This document shows positions 1 through 15,210 of a stretch of 64,000 bases of DNA, one piece after another. A model generated the notes under the pieces. That model was not told where the DNA came from. It saw nothing but the letters and a program-made list of their open reading frames with translations, and did no database searches. Every line of letters starts with the position of its first letter. Positions within the stretch are counted from its first letter, which is position 1. A program made the position numbers and the translations under genes. The DNA lies in the NCBI RefSeq assembly GCF_009914755.1, contig NC_060936.1; one strand, 5' to 3'. This stretch comes from the human T2T-CHM13v2.0 reference genome, Homo sapiens.

Positions 1-69
1 CTCAAATGATCCTCCTGCCTTGGCCTTCCAAATTGCTGGGATTACAGGTGTGAGCCACTGAACCCGGCC
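1..69 (-). mobile_element. Alu, cut by the window edge
   Basis: tgctgggattacaggtgtgagccactg...cggcc. Confidence 0.9.
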
Positions 70-665
70 TAATTTTGACCCTTGTAAATGTTTTTATGAC
101 TACCCTGAATGACTAAGTACATTCTTGTTCCTGTTGGAGGGTCTTAGGAAATAGAAATCTCTTCTGAAGGGATCCATGAGTCAGAGCTTGACTAAAACAA
201 ATCAAGAATTGACATTAAAAATGAGATAAAATGGAAGTCCATCTTGTGCAGAGTGTAGGTTCTAGAGGTAGCATTTAAAACCAAAATCTCGTATAGTCAA
301 CATTCTCCTTGAAAACTCCCCACACGCACGGCACGTCTGATCGCATATGTACAGCCCTGCACATCATATCCTATGCACAGTCAAGATTTTCAGCCCCTGA
401 GCTCAGTGGAAGAAAGTCAACCTCTGACTGTCTGACTCTCCAAGCCATTCTGTTTTGAGGTACAGAACTGAGTCTCCAGCAGGAAATGTGGAAATATTCC
501 CATTTTCCTGTGGGGTTTATTTTATCCTGTTTGACAGTGGCTATATAACCATTCATTCATTCATTCTACAAATTTTTATTAGAATAATTGGCTCAGGCTG
601 TGTTTTGGGGGCTGGGGTTACCTTGCAGGGGTGCTTCACAATTAGTATTAATTAAATCGTGTTAG

Positions 666-971
<306 letters not shown>

Positions 972-1607
972 AATGCATTCTCATGGAAAGTGTTCCATAA
1001 TGTTACAGAGTCATCTCTAATGAAGAAGGTAGGATCAAAAGTCATTGAGAACATGACCTAAGAGCTATTCAGCCTCAACAATTTTTCAGGATAAAAACCA
1101 CATCCAAGAGGCTGCAAGTAATTTCTAAGAGAATCTTTGTAGAGTAAAGGAATTTCTGGGAAAAATGAATACAAAAAAGGGGGAGGGGTTTATTGAAAGG
1201 AATGACTTCATCTGCCTCTGCGGCCACAATCTATTTTAAAGAGATTATTTTATAATTTACTTCTTTCAGACTCATAAATAGTCCTTAAAAATTTAGGCTG
1301 AGAGAATTGTCCTCCTAAAATATAACATCATTCTGCTAAATTACAAAAGCTTCAAAAGCTTTCTCCTTAGAAAAGAAGAAGAAAAAAAAAACAACCATAG
1401 TCATGCCTTTTTCATTAGAGGCCTTTAAAATCACCCTAAGCACTTTGGAAAGCTTCAACTAGTAGAACAGTCATGCTTCGTTGAAAACAGATTGTTGTCT
1501 TTAGCATCTGTATTTTCATTTTACCATCTAATATAAAAATATGGTAGAAAGGTTAATAGCCAGACGTTTACAAGAATCCAGAGATCGGGGTGCCAAGAAG
1601 TATAATT

Positions 1608-2086
1608 CAGCGGTCCCCAAACTTTTTGGCAGCAGGGACCGGTTTCATGGAAGATAACTTTCCCATGGACTGGGGTTGGGGGTGGATGTGGTTTGGGGAT
1701 GATTCAAGTGCATTGCATTTATCGTCCACTTTATTATTATTACATTGTAACATATGATGAAATAATTCTACAACTCACCATAATGTAGAATCGTTGGGAG
1801 TGCTGAGCTTGTTTTCCTGCAACTAGATGGTCCTATCTGGGTGTGACGGGAGACAGTGACAGATGATCAGGCATTAGATTCTCATAAGGAGCACACAACC
1901 TAGATCCCTCACATGTGTAGTTCACAATGAGGTCCATGCTTCTGTGAGAATCTAATACTGCTGCTGATCTGACTGGAGGTGGATCGTGGTAATGTGAACA
2001 ATGGGGAGCGGCTATAAATACAGACGGAGCTTTGCTCACTCGCCTGCTGCTGCACAGCCCCGTTCCTAACAGGCCACAGGCCGGTC
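1608..2086 (-). mobile_element. MER1A-like hAT-Charlie DNA transposon
   Basis: Terminal cagcggtccccaa and the characteristic internal inverted repeat attagattctcataagga...gagaatctaat. Confidence 0.85.
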
Positions 2087-2456
2087 ATTGATAGTACAGT
2101 CAACTATAATAGGTTTCTGACTCAGTATTTGGTGTAAATTCCTTGATTTTAAAAATATATGGAAAAATAGCTTACAGAGTCTAATGACCTGCTGGATTTG
2201 GATTCTGTGAAGAAAGTGTCCCTCTCTGTGATTCTCTGTCGTGTCTCTCCCGACGTCTAAATGCACTCAAGGGCTCAGCCATTCTGTAAACAACTGCCAG
2301 TCATGAGAGGATTTGGAACAAAGCCGTGTTTATGACTTAGACACCGTCAGATGGGGACAGTGCTCCACTTCTGTCCACCACAGCAAACATTAACTGAACA
2401 GCTACTCTGTGCCAGGCAGTGCTCAGTGCTGACAACATTGAACTTCCCGAGCTCTG

Positions 2457-2838
2457 TGTTGCCTGAAAAATACCCGGGTTCATTCACCCGGCGAGTTACA
2501 AATGACTCCATCACAATGTGGGTTTTGATCAATAGGAGTTTTACTACTTGACTGAAGTAAGGAGAGCCCTGGGAGGGTTCCTCAAAGCAGCGTCTCCGTG
2601 GGGGGAAGTGACAGGAGGGCTTATGGGGTCGGGGAGAGGGGAGATGGTATGTCATTGCATGTAGAGCTTGGGCCCCAGCTGCAAAGACACAGTGAGTCTC
2701 ATGTCAGCACAGGTCACATGTGATGGTAATGAAGCTGTAGCTGCCCCTGGGATGGAGGCTCTAGCGTGGCACTGAGGAAGGCTCAGTCAGGCTCATCTAT
2801 AAGTTACTGGGGCTGTCAGGAGAGGGTTCCAACCAACA
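2457..2838 (-). mobile_element. Probable ERV solo LTR, family not determined
   Basis: TGTTG...CAACA termini and LTR-like composition; no clear TSD. Confidence 0.4.
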
Positions 2839-3159
2839 AGGTGTCCGCATTCCACCCAGGGTTTGGGGAAGAACAGGCTGTGGGGCAGGAGACTGTAAAA
2901 CTGGCTGATGCTCAAGTGGATTAATTTCCCACAGTCCCTGGAGATATTCCCTGTCTGCTGACACCTGGAAGACAGCAAAGGTCAGGACACCCCTCACTGC
3001 AAAGAGCCCCTTCCCCGAATGGGAGGAGACTCACAGATACCCTTATGTTTACCTGTGACAAGGCCAGATACAGCCCCTTCAAAATCTCAATCTTTGCCTC
3101 ATCAGTGACTGAGCTGAACTGTACCCCCATGGTGGACCAGAATAAAATGCATGTGAACT

Positions 3160-3477
<318 letters not shown>

Positions 3478-3902
3478 TTATTAAAGCTCCTCTCCATCTC
3501 CCAGGCCTGCGCCACTCCCCAGCCTGAGCTGCAGATGGCCCCCAGCAGATCCTCCTGGGAGCAGACGGCTCCAAGGCAAAACTCTGGATCTGCTGTCTGG
3601 TTTTTGCCACCCTCGCCCCAGCTCCTCACACTGTACTGGCTCTTCCTAGCTTGTTTTTGCCTCCCCCCAAAAAAGGAAAGTCCAGGCTGCCTGACCCTGG
3701 ATACTGGCAGAGCTCACAGTTAGAGCCCTCTCTCCACATTGCCATCTTCCCTTCCTGCCCCCTTAGGGATCCGTTAGAATAAAGTCCCTTCCAGAGTCCA
3801 GATTTGCTTCTTATTGGACAGTGTCTTATCCACAATAGTTCAGTTAATCCTCAAACCACCCCATACATTTACAAGTGAGAAAGCCAAGGCCCTGAACCTG
3901 GT

Positions 3903-4050
3903 CCTGAGACAGGGGGAGGAAGAGTGGGAGCTAGGAAGCACTGAGACAGGGGGAGGAAGGGCAGGAGCTGGGAAGCACCTGAGACAGGAGGAGGAAGGGC
4001 GGGAGCTGGGAAGCACCTGAGACGGGGAGGAAGGGCGGGAGCTGGGAAGC
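3903..4050. repeat. Minisatellite, ~4 copies of 37-38 bp (cctgagacagggggaggaagggcaggagctgggaagca)
   Basis: Units start near 3903, 3941, 3978 and 4016. Confidence 0.9.
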
Positions 4051-4069
4051 CTCTCTCTCTCTCTCTCTC

Positions 4070-4367
4070 TTTTTTTTTTTTTTTTTTTTTTTTGAGACGG
4101 AGTCTCACTCTACTGCCCAGGCTAGAGTACAATGACACAATCTCTGCTCACTGGAACCTCCGCCTCCTGGGTTCAAGTGATTCTCCTGCCTCAGCCTCCT
4201 GAGTAGCTGGGATTACAGGTGTGCGCCACCATGCCTGGCTAATTTTTGTATTTTTAGTAGAGATGGGGTTTCACCACGTTGGCCAGGCTGATCTCCTGAC
4301 CTCAAGCGACCCACCCACCTCGGCCTCCCAGTGTTGAAATTACAGGCGTGAGCCATGGCCCCCAGCC
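4070..4367 (-). mobile_element. AluS with adjoining (CT)n
   Basis: Dimeric Alu. Confidence 0.95.
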
Positions 4368-4672
4368 TACTGTGCTCTCTCATTCTCTCTCTGGTTCTCT
4401 CTGTCTCTGTCTCTTTCTCCCGCAACTCTCCTCCCTCATACAGTTGCCAGCTGTACCCTATGATATCCAGTTTGCACATGGGCTAGACAAATGTCCAAGT
4501 CAGGCCAAAGGAAACCATTAGTTTTAATATTCTCACATTTACTTTGAATGAGGTGCATAGTATAAGTGTTACCAGAAAGGGGTCCTGATCCAGACCCCAA
4601 GAGAGGGTTGTTGGATCTTGCACAAGAAATAATTTGGAGCACAAATTATTTCTTCTTGCACAAGAAATACAG

Positions 4673-4979
4673 TGAGACAGACAGGTGGGAAGGCCTCCCT
4701 GGCAAAACTCCAGCTGGCCTGCATACTGGGAGGAGTGCACACTGGGGTGGAGCCATCGAAGTCTGCGCTGTTTGCAGCAGGGAAGAGCCTGGCTCCTCTT
4801 CTGTAATGAGCCCCAGCAGGGACTCTGGCTTTGTGGAGGGTCCCTGTTTCCTCTTTTCTTCCTTTTCACCCAATAAAACCCTGCCCTACTCACCCTTCAA
4901 ATAGTCTGTGAGCCTAAATTTTCATGGCCATGTGACAAGGACCCTGTCTTTAGCTGAACTAAGGAAAAGTCCTGCAACA
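4673..4979 (+). mobile_element. MER61(A)-like solo LTR nested in MER41B
   Basis: tgagacagacaggtgggaagg...AATAAA...aaggaaaagtcctgcaaca; flanks acag/aaag. Confidence 0.8.
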
Positions 4980-5010
4980 AAAGCAAGTTTATTAAGAAAG
5001 CAAAGGAATA

Positions 5011-5365
<355 letters not shown>

Positions 5366-5434
5366 CTACTCGTTGGCTATTTTATGGTTATTTCTTGATT
5401 ATATGCTAAATAAGGGGTGGACTGTTCATGAGTT

Positions 5435-5467
5435 TTCTAGGAAAGCGGGGGGGGGCAATTCCTAGAA
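5435..5467. promoter_or_regulatory. Tandem GAS (TTC-N3-GAA) motifs in MER41B
   Basis: TTCTAGGAA at 5435-5443 and TTCCTAGAA at 5459-5467. Confidence 0.6.
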
Positions 5468-6639
5468 CTAAGGGATCCTCCCCCTTTCAGACCATATAGG
5501 GTAATGTCAGGAAGTTACCTGATATTGCCATGACATTTGTAAACTGTCATGGCGCTGGTGGGAGGGTCTTTTAGCCTTCCAATGCATTATAGTTAGCGTA
5601 TAATGAGCCGTGTGAGGACGACCAGGGGTCACTCTCGTCACCACCTTGGTTTTGGTGGGATTTGGCTGACTTCTTTATGCAATCTGTTTTATCAGCAAGG
5701 TCATTATTATCTGTATCTTGTGCTGACCTCCTATCTCATCCTGTGACTTAGAATGCCTTAACCTCCTGGGAATGCAGCCCAGTAGGACTCAGCCTCATTT
5801 TACCCAGCCCCTGTTCAAGATGGAGTTGCACTGGTTCAAACGCCTCTGACCTAAGGATTGTTATTTGTTGATAAGAGGCACGGAGAGGGAATTTTGATTA
5901 TTGGGTTCTAAACACAATGAGACTTTATTGGTTTTAGAATGTCTTTAGTAGTCTAGAAATAACTATTCTTTGGATAAACCTCATAAGCTATGATACTGCC
6001 TGTATGTAAACGTTTGTTCTGTTTTTTAGTGGCAGAATAATAAACTCAGATATTAACTGGTAAGTATTTTGTTTTGCACACATACACACATACATGCATG
6101 TATAATTCATTATGAAAATTAGACCATTCTGAGCTTACTGCGTTTGAGGGTGGAGGTGGCCATCAACACAACCAAATTCAGGTCATCAAGAGTCAAATTC
6201 TTGGCTCTGAGTGCCTGAGGAGGCTTTTGAATGTTATGAGAGAGGAAACAATAGTCTTGAGAAACAAAGCTATTGAATGGCAAAGCAGGGTTTTTTTGAG
6301 AGAGAATGATTTTAATGTTCAAAATGCAAGGTCTAGATGGGTATTGGACTCAAAATCCTGAAGGACTCAGGCTTAACGTCTGTGCCTTAATTACCAGATT
6401 GGAAAGAAAATAGATGAATCAGGTCCCCTGGGTCTATGAGAAGGTGGCCCAGGCTGGGATAGGGGCGAGGGTGGGAGCCGGGAGTGGGATGCAGGAGGGG
6501 CAGGGTGTGTGCCACATCCCCTCTGTCACCCTCCCTGAGATCAACTAAACACAGTGATCTGAGAGTAGAGGACACAGCTGGGGGAGGTGTTGGGCCCAGT
6601 GACCTTGTGGCAAGAGAGGAAGAGATGATCTTGGTGCTG

Positions 6640-7210
6640 TCTGTTCTCAAGTACAGAGAATTAATAGGAAATTTTGGTTCTGGCAAGACCAACAGATCTG
6701 AGATGACTGCCATTCAAATGATATCTGTCACTCACAGTTCCCAAGAGGAGGGGACACTTCTCACCCCACGTGATGCACCAGGGTTGCTCAGGAGACACAG
6801 AGAGAGGAATATGCAGGGAAGACCCTTTATTATGGTTTCCATGGGCAGGAACAAGTAAGGCTTAGTATTGACTCGCTTGAATAGTTTCAGTGGGCTCTGA
6901 GCATAGGGGCTGCCTCTAGTTGTCTGGTACCTGGCTTTGGGGTGATTGGGCAGGTGGATACTGACCTCTAGGGTATGAAAGCCTGATAAGGAAGGTAGTT
7001 GTAGATGTGGACTCTGGATTGGTTGGTTTGTATTTGAAAAGTGCTCCTAAGTGGTGGGGAGTGGTGGTGAGGGTTAGGGAATGAGGGAGGCAAGACAAGG
7101 CGAGGTAACCTAAGCACCTTAGACGTCCTGTCCAGAACCAGGAGTGCCCAGCATATGCTTAGAGGGCAGATGTTAAAGCATGAATTTTACAGAAGGTAGA
7201 AGATTACCAC
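6640..7210 (-). mobile_element. Old ERVL-type LTR (MER76-like)
   Basis: Resemblance to remembered consensus (actcacagttcccaagaggagggg...ctagttgtctggtacctggc); boundaries approximate. Confidence 0.4.
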
Positions 7211-7538
7211 ATAAGCAATGTTACAAATAGAAATTTCAAAATGTTAAAAATATAATTCTACCAATGAAACTATGTTAAGTTTCATTTAACACCTTAATGA
7301 GGGGTCAGTGGAAAACAAAGTCAGTTTGAAGAAGATTGAGACACCAATGTCTATATGCTCAGTGAAGTTTTCAAAAATGGTCAAATAAGACCAATCAAAG
7401 CCATAATCTTTGTGGTTGACTGGTCTAAATCATTTGCATCACCATTTGACTAAGATCATTTTTAATATCTAATGTTGCAAATGTTTAAAATGTCTGAATT
7501 ATAATCAAGAATATATGTATATATATATATTTAGTTAT

Positions 7539-7907
7539 TGATATGGTTTGGCTCTGTGACCCCACCCAAATCTCATCTCAAATTATAATTCCCATAATCC
7601 CCACATGTTAAGGGCAGGGCCTGGTGGGAGGTGATTGGATCATGGTGGTGGTTTCCGCTGTGCTGTTCTTGTGACAGTGAGTTCTCACAAGATCTGATGA
7701 TTTTATGAGTGTTGTTTGACAGTTCCTCCTATACACTCTCTCTCACCTGCCGCCATGTAAGACGTGCCTGCTTCCCCTTCCACCATGATTGCAAGTTTCC
7801 TGTGGCCTCCCCGGCCATGTGGAACTGTGAGTCAATTAAACCTCTTTTCTTTGTAAATTACTCAGTGTCAGGCAGTTCTTTATAGCCTGTGAGAATGGAC
7901 TAATATG
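7539..7907 (+). mobile_element. THE1/MSTA MaLR solo LTR
   Basis: tgatatggtttggctctgtg...ggactaata; 5-bp TSD GTTAT. Confidence 0.9.
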
Positions 7908-9427
7908 GTTATTAATAATATATCATATACAGCCTCTTCCTCAGAACCCTTCCTCTGGTCACAGTTTGTTGGACCAGGAGTAAATGCTTGTTTCAAGATA
8001 ACAGGCAATTGGAATCTTTCCCTGACAATTTGGAGCCACAAAGGAGAGAGGAAAATATAATAAAGGGTACAGAAAAAAGCAGAATGTGAGAGAGGGAGAG
8101 ATCCAAAGGCACTCCAGTCCCTGATTCTGGTCGTTCCTGAGATAGTTCTTATCTTTTGGTTCCAACTGACCCCTCTTACCTTTAAAATAAATTACGCTTT
8201 TTGCTTACGTTAGTATGGGTTGGACTGCAATGAAAGCAGCTTATAATTACTTGAAAGCTGTTGGTGAACGAGGCTATTTGGAAGTCTGGAATGGGATTAG
8301 TCCAAGGCACTGACAGGTCAAAGGTAAAAGCTTCCATCTGAGTGCAGTCAAGCTTAGGGTTTGGTGAATCCTGTTGACTAAATCTGTGGGTTTTGCTCTG
8401 GCTGTGACTGAGGGTGCTGTCATGCCTCTCTGAACCTGCTGTGAGATCTTCTCACTGGTGACGTTTTCTCACTGGTAATCTTTTTGCTTCCTCTGCATGA
8501 ATTCACCCTCAGTGGCAGAGAATGCTAACTGCATACCTAGTACCTACTGTCTCCTTTTTTCTTACCAACTAAACCCCAGTTTTGTTCAAAGAAGGCGATG
8601 TGTTCAGGTAACAATACTACATCCCTCCAGTCTGCCTGTGGCCATGAGTCACAGTCCCAGCATATATAAACAGAATTTACTAGATGTGACATTACCAGAA
8701 ACAGATGCCTTTTACCCTTTGCCTATCCCTTCTTCCTGTCCAGAACTCAGGTGTGATGGCTGGAGCTCCAACAGCCATCTTGCAAGCATGAGGAGGTAGG
8801 GAGGTGGCAGCTGGACCATCTTGCAGGAGATTGGAGCAGTTTGCTGCCTCAGCCTTCTTTTTAAAAAAAAGTCTGTTACATTTTTCTAAACTTTTTGTCA
8901 TGGAGAATTCTGAACATACATAAAGCATGCAATAATATCATGATATACTCATGTAACCATGCCACAGAAATAGGTGCCCCCATCCAACTTTGAGAAGAGT
9001 TTCATACAAGGATTACTTACACAGGTGCAGCAGAGTCTAGGAACATCGCATGGGTTGGTGCATCTCTGGGACTAATAGAGGGGGAAGCTTCAAATCTACA
9101 GACCCAAAGAGCAGGGGTGGGAGTGGTTCCCATACCTGGAGAGAGAAAGCTGTGTGGAGAGGGCGCTTTGATAGGAGCTGCAGCCTTGTGTGGAGGGGTG
9201 CAGCCTCTCCGGTCCCAGCCCCAGTGGGGCCCCTGCAGGGAGGGACACCCACTCTCCTCCCCCTTCTGCTTGGCTGCTGATACTCCCCATACCTAGAAGC
9301 CACTGGATGAGCAAGCGGCTCATCCATCCTTACAAGCGAGTCCCTGGCGCAGCATGCAGGACAGGGAAGGTGGGACAGGCGTCTGCAGGGGCCACAGGCT
9401 CATTGAGGGACAGAGAAGGTGGAGTGT

Positions 9428-9568
9428 ACTCAGGAGGCTGAGGCAGGAGAATCACTTGAACCCAGGAGGCAGAGGTTGCAGTGAGCCAAGATCGCACCAC
9501 GGCCCTCCAGCCTGGGCGACAAGAGCAAAACTCTGTCTTAAAAAAAAAGAAAAAAGAAAAAAAAAAGA
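9428..9568 (+). mobile_element. Alu right-arm fragment
   Basis: Begins tactcaggaggctgagg; A-rich tail. Confidence 0.9.
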
Positions 9569-10275
<707 letters not shown>

Positions 10276-12626
10276 CCAGTGCAGATACATTTTAGCCAAG
10301 CTAAGACCATCCATTTATGTGCCAACCCAGGACCTCCATGTTTCCAGAATAAAATGTGCATGTCACCCTCCAGAGCTTCTCAACGCACCTGGGCCCCCTG
10401 CACGAATAAGCTGTCCACTATGTGGATTGCTTAGGCAATTAGCCACTGCTATAGCAGGGGTGGGGGCGAGAGGATGGGGAGCGGGGACATTTTACACCGA
10501 ATACTGATGAAATCAGTCAGAGCATTTGCTCTCTGCCCTGTGGAATTAGAAGGCAGGTTGGTGGAAGAAAGGAAGACATCAAAGTGCCGGCTAAAGACGC
10601 AAACACCTTAAAATCACCAAGCTCTCACGCGCTGCTAGGGGGGTTGTCATTGGTAGTTTGGCACAAGCTTTCTTTAGAACTACTTGGTATATATATATAT
10701 ATATATATATGCACATACACACACATATATATATTTTATATTTATTATATAGAATAGGTAAACATGTATATATATTTATTGAAATGATGCATACATATGC
10801 ATAAACCAGAGCTTGTAGTGGTACGCACGTGTGTATTTGGGTGATAAGGTTATGAGTAATTTTTATTTTCTTATGCATTTTTTTTGTAGTTTTTCAGGTT
10901 TTCCAAAGTGAGCATTTTTTGGTAGATTAAAACATGATATTTTAAAATGAATTAAGGGAATGAAGCAGAAAACATAATTACTAAGTTCTGACTCATCCCT
11001 CAGTGACTGTGTCTCTGGTTCCTACCAGGTCCAAATGCCAACAGGAGGGGCGAATGTGTCATTTCTGGAGTGAACTAGCTGAAGGCATGGCATAACATGA
11101 AGGGCACCTTTCCATCTTCTTCCCCGGCGTCTCACTGGAGATATTTCATCCTAAAACCTCATGAAATCTTGATCCAAAGCTCAAAACATGTGTTGTGTAG
11201 GTATTTCCTGGGCTTCTGGCTTAAGGCTGTGTTTTGGTCTTCTAGCCAGTACTTAATGAAATGGCAGAAAGAAAGAGTTGGACATAAAGGTCGGGCACAC
11301 TTCAAATACAGTGCTCCAGGATTAAACGTTGAAATGTTCATTTCATACACAGACGGGCACATGACTTTAATCTGTGAGGGTTTTAAGAGGGAGATCGGGA
11401 GTAACCTCCCACTCAAATATGGCATGGTGTTTAACGGATCAATATGGCCATTGCAGTTCTTAACTCAGTTGAAATTAGCTGTTTTGCGGCTGTCAGTGTA
11501 TCAGCCATGCCAAGTTTTTTGAAGGCCCTACAGAGTGAAATCCTGACATTCGGTGGCGAGTGTACTCAGCAGATTAATTGCAGCGATTTGGGATGCCAGC
11601 TTTAATTCAGAGTCAACCCGAGTGATCTAAAGACATAATGGCCAGCCTGAGAGTCCCAAATTAACCAAATGTGAATTACTTCTGAGCTCTCAGAGCTAAA
11701 CTCGCCTTTTCTTGTTTAACAACCTCAGTTACTGAAATTTGAAAATCTCTCAAGAGAGGACTTTATTTTTTGCCGATGGAAGGTGGCAATGCTGAATTAC
11801 TTGGGAAAAGGAAAACAGCTCTCTTTCTCTATGAGCAATTTATAACTCAAGTCAATTCAAAACATGTAATTAACAGCCCATTCTAATTGGAAGCGAAAGC
11901 ATAATCCATCTTTGGATGTTCCTGTTCTTCCTCCGCTGGCTGAATCTTCACTGGTGAGCAATGAAGCTCACTGGCAAGGCTGCAGTCAAGGGAGGTCTTC
12001 TTGGTTCATCTTTTTCGTCTCTAACGTTTCTGTGGAAAAAATAAAGAAACAGTTTGTCACAAGCGATGGAGGCTTCCATGTGGAAATCAACTATTTAATG
12101 CCTCAGTGGGAACTGAGAATTTTTCATTAACTTGTCCGGTGTAATTTCATCATTCCAGGAAGTATCCCTCTTTCTCCTGTTCTTTCAGGTCAGATGCAAA
12201 GTCACGAGAAAGTCAACAGCTCTATCTGGTGTCCTGCTGAGTGGCCGGGCAGCTTTCTTGGCGTGAACTCCGAGCATTCGTCGTCTCCTGCTTTGGTCTT
12301 GGTTGACTTGTCGGTGTTTTCATGGTTTGTTCTTTCCCAGGGAGGTGGGTTATTATCCCCAGGCCCATTCCACCTCTCCAGCGCCCATCCTTTCTGATCT
12401 CATGCATGCTTGCCTCAGAAGGGTTCACTCCTCCAGTCATTTGTTTATTTAACAGCTTTTGAGCACCTATTATGCATCAAATGCACTTCTGCACATTAAG
12501 GAATCTGACATCAAGAAACGCAGGCTCCCTGTCCTCATGGGGGGTTGTGTTTTAACAGGTAGAGTCGAACTATGAACCGGTAAGCCAGTACATTTAAAAA
12601 AAGATAATTGCAGGTAATGATAGGTT

Positions 12627-12928
12627 TTATTTATTTATTTTGGGATAGCATCTTGCTCTGTCACCCAGGCTGGAGTGCCATGGTGACCATGGCTGACTGC
12701 AGACTCAAACTCCTGGGCTCAAGCGATCCTCCCACCCCAGCCTCTCAAGTAGCTGGGGACCACAGGCGCACGCCACCATACCCAGCTAATTTTTTTTTTT
12801 TTCCTGTGTTGTAGAGACAGAGTCTCGCTGTGTTAGCCAGGCAGGTCTAGAACTCCTGGGCTCAAGTGATCCTCCTGCTTTGGACTCCCAAAGTGCTGGA
12901 TTATAGATGTGAGCCACTGCACCCGGCC
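12627..12928 (-). mobile_element. AluJ
   Basis: ctcctgggctcaagcgatcctcc in both arms. Confidence 0.9.
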
Positions 12929-12955
12929 ATGTTGTAAAGAAGATAAAACAGGGCT

Positions 12956-13286
<331 letters not shown>

Positions 13287-13795
13287 CTACAGAGTGACGG
13301 GCGTGTAAGAGTGGGGTGAGACTTGGTCTCAGGTGATGGGAGCGGGTGCTTGTGAGGAGGGGCATCGCTTTGAGGTGGAATTGTCATGAGGTCGCATGCG
13401 CACAGCTGAGATGAAGCTGTCCAGACACAGGCAAGAGGAAGTGCAGAAGCCCCAGGCAGGAAGGGCTTGGGCTGTTGGAGGAACAGGAGAAGAAGGGCCT
13501 GCCCTGTGACAGGAGTGAGCGGTGTGGAGGCAGGACAAGTGCTCAGGGCTTATGGAGCTGAGACCATGGGGGGTCTGGATGGCAGTGGCCAGTTTGTGTT
13601 TCTAACTTACCTGTCGTGGGACGCCATAGGAGAGGTCTAAGTAGGGGAGTGGCTGCTCTGTGGACAGTGGGTTATAGGAAAGTGAGAGCAGCTGGGTCTC
13701 AAGTCAAGCAGCAAACGAAAGTAACCAGCTGCTCTCTATTCAGGGAGCATTTATTAGATATGACAACACACATTTATCACAACGTCGTGCACTAA

Positions 13796-14101
<306 letters not shown>

Positions 14102-14377
14102 CAGTAGGTTCTTAACAAAACACGGTGGAACTTAGGAATGATAATAGCAATAGTTTACACTTACTGTAACGTCTCGGGGGTAGGGTAGCAGCGGGGATGC
14201 AGAGAGACGTGGGCAGGAATAGATGTATTTTGGGTGTGGAAAATTGGTGCATCCTGCTGTTCAATGAGGTGTGGAGGATGCAGGCAAGTGAGCCAGAGGT
14301 CCTGCTGTGGTTTTGGCTGGAGCAGCTGGGGGTGCAGTTCATGAGGTGGGCAAGTCTGGGGAGAGGTGGCTTATAGG

Positions 14378-15210
14378 AGGTAGCTGAGAGAGGAGCGGTT
14401 TGGAGGGGGTAGCTGAGGTAGGAGTGGTTTGGAGGAGGTAGCTGAGGTAGGAGCGGTTTGGAGGGGGTAGCTGAGAGAGGAGCGGTTTGGAGGGGGTAGG
14501 TGAGGTAGGAGTGGTTTGGAGGAGGTAGCTGAGAGAGGAGCGGTTTGGAGGGGGTAGCTGAGAGGAGCGGGTTGGAGGGGGTAGCTGAGAGAGGAGCGGT
14601 TTGGAGGGGGTAGCTGAGAGAGGAGCGGTTTGGAGGGGGTAGCTGAGAGGAGCGGGTTGGAGGGGGTAGCTGAGAGGAGCGGGTTGGAGGGGGTAGCTGA
14701 GAGAGGAGCGGTTTGGAGGGGGTAGCTGAGAGGAGCGGGTTGGAGGGGGTAGCTGAGAGGAGCGGGTTGGAGGGGGTAGCTGAGAGGAGCGGTTTGGAGG
14801 GGGTAGGTGACATAGGAGCGGTTTCGAGGGGGTAGCTGAGGGAGGAGCAGTTTGGAGGAGGTAGCTGAGACAGGAGCAGTTTGCAGGGGGTAGGTGAGGT
14901 AGGAGTGGCTTGGAGTGGGTAGCTGAGAGAGGAGTGGCTTGGAGCGGGGAGCTGAGAGAGAAGCAGTTGGAGGGGGTGGCTAAGAGAAGAGTGGCTTGGA
15001 GGGGGAAGCTGAGGGAGGAGCAGTTTGGAGGAGGTAGGTGAGAGAGTAGCGGTTTGGAGGGGGTAGGTGAGGTAGGAGCGGTTTGGAGTGGGTAGCTGAG
15101 AGAGGAGCAGTTTCGAGGGGGTAACTGAGAGAGGAGCAGCTTGGAGGAGGTAGCTGAGGGAGGAGCAGTTTGGAGGAGGTAGCTGAGAGAGCGGTTTGGA
15201 GGGGTAGCTG
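14378..15210. repeat. G-rich VNTR, ~29 copies of a 29/27-bp unit (ggagcggtttggagggggtagctgagaga)
   Basis: Homogeneous core at 14520-14800, diverged flanks. Confidence 0.95.

Noticed and set aside
1866-1975. Long hairpin as a candidate miRNA or novel ncRNA
   Set aside because: It is the intrinsic internal inverted repeat of MER1.
14112-14813. 233-aa repetitive ORF (SATPSNPLL)n
   Set aside because: Translation of the VNTR's C-rich strand; mixed 27/29-bp units shift frames.
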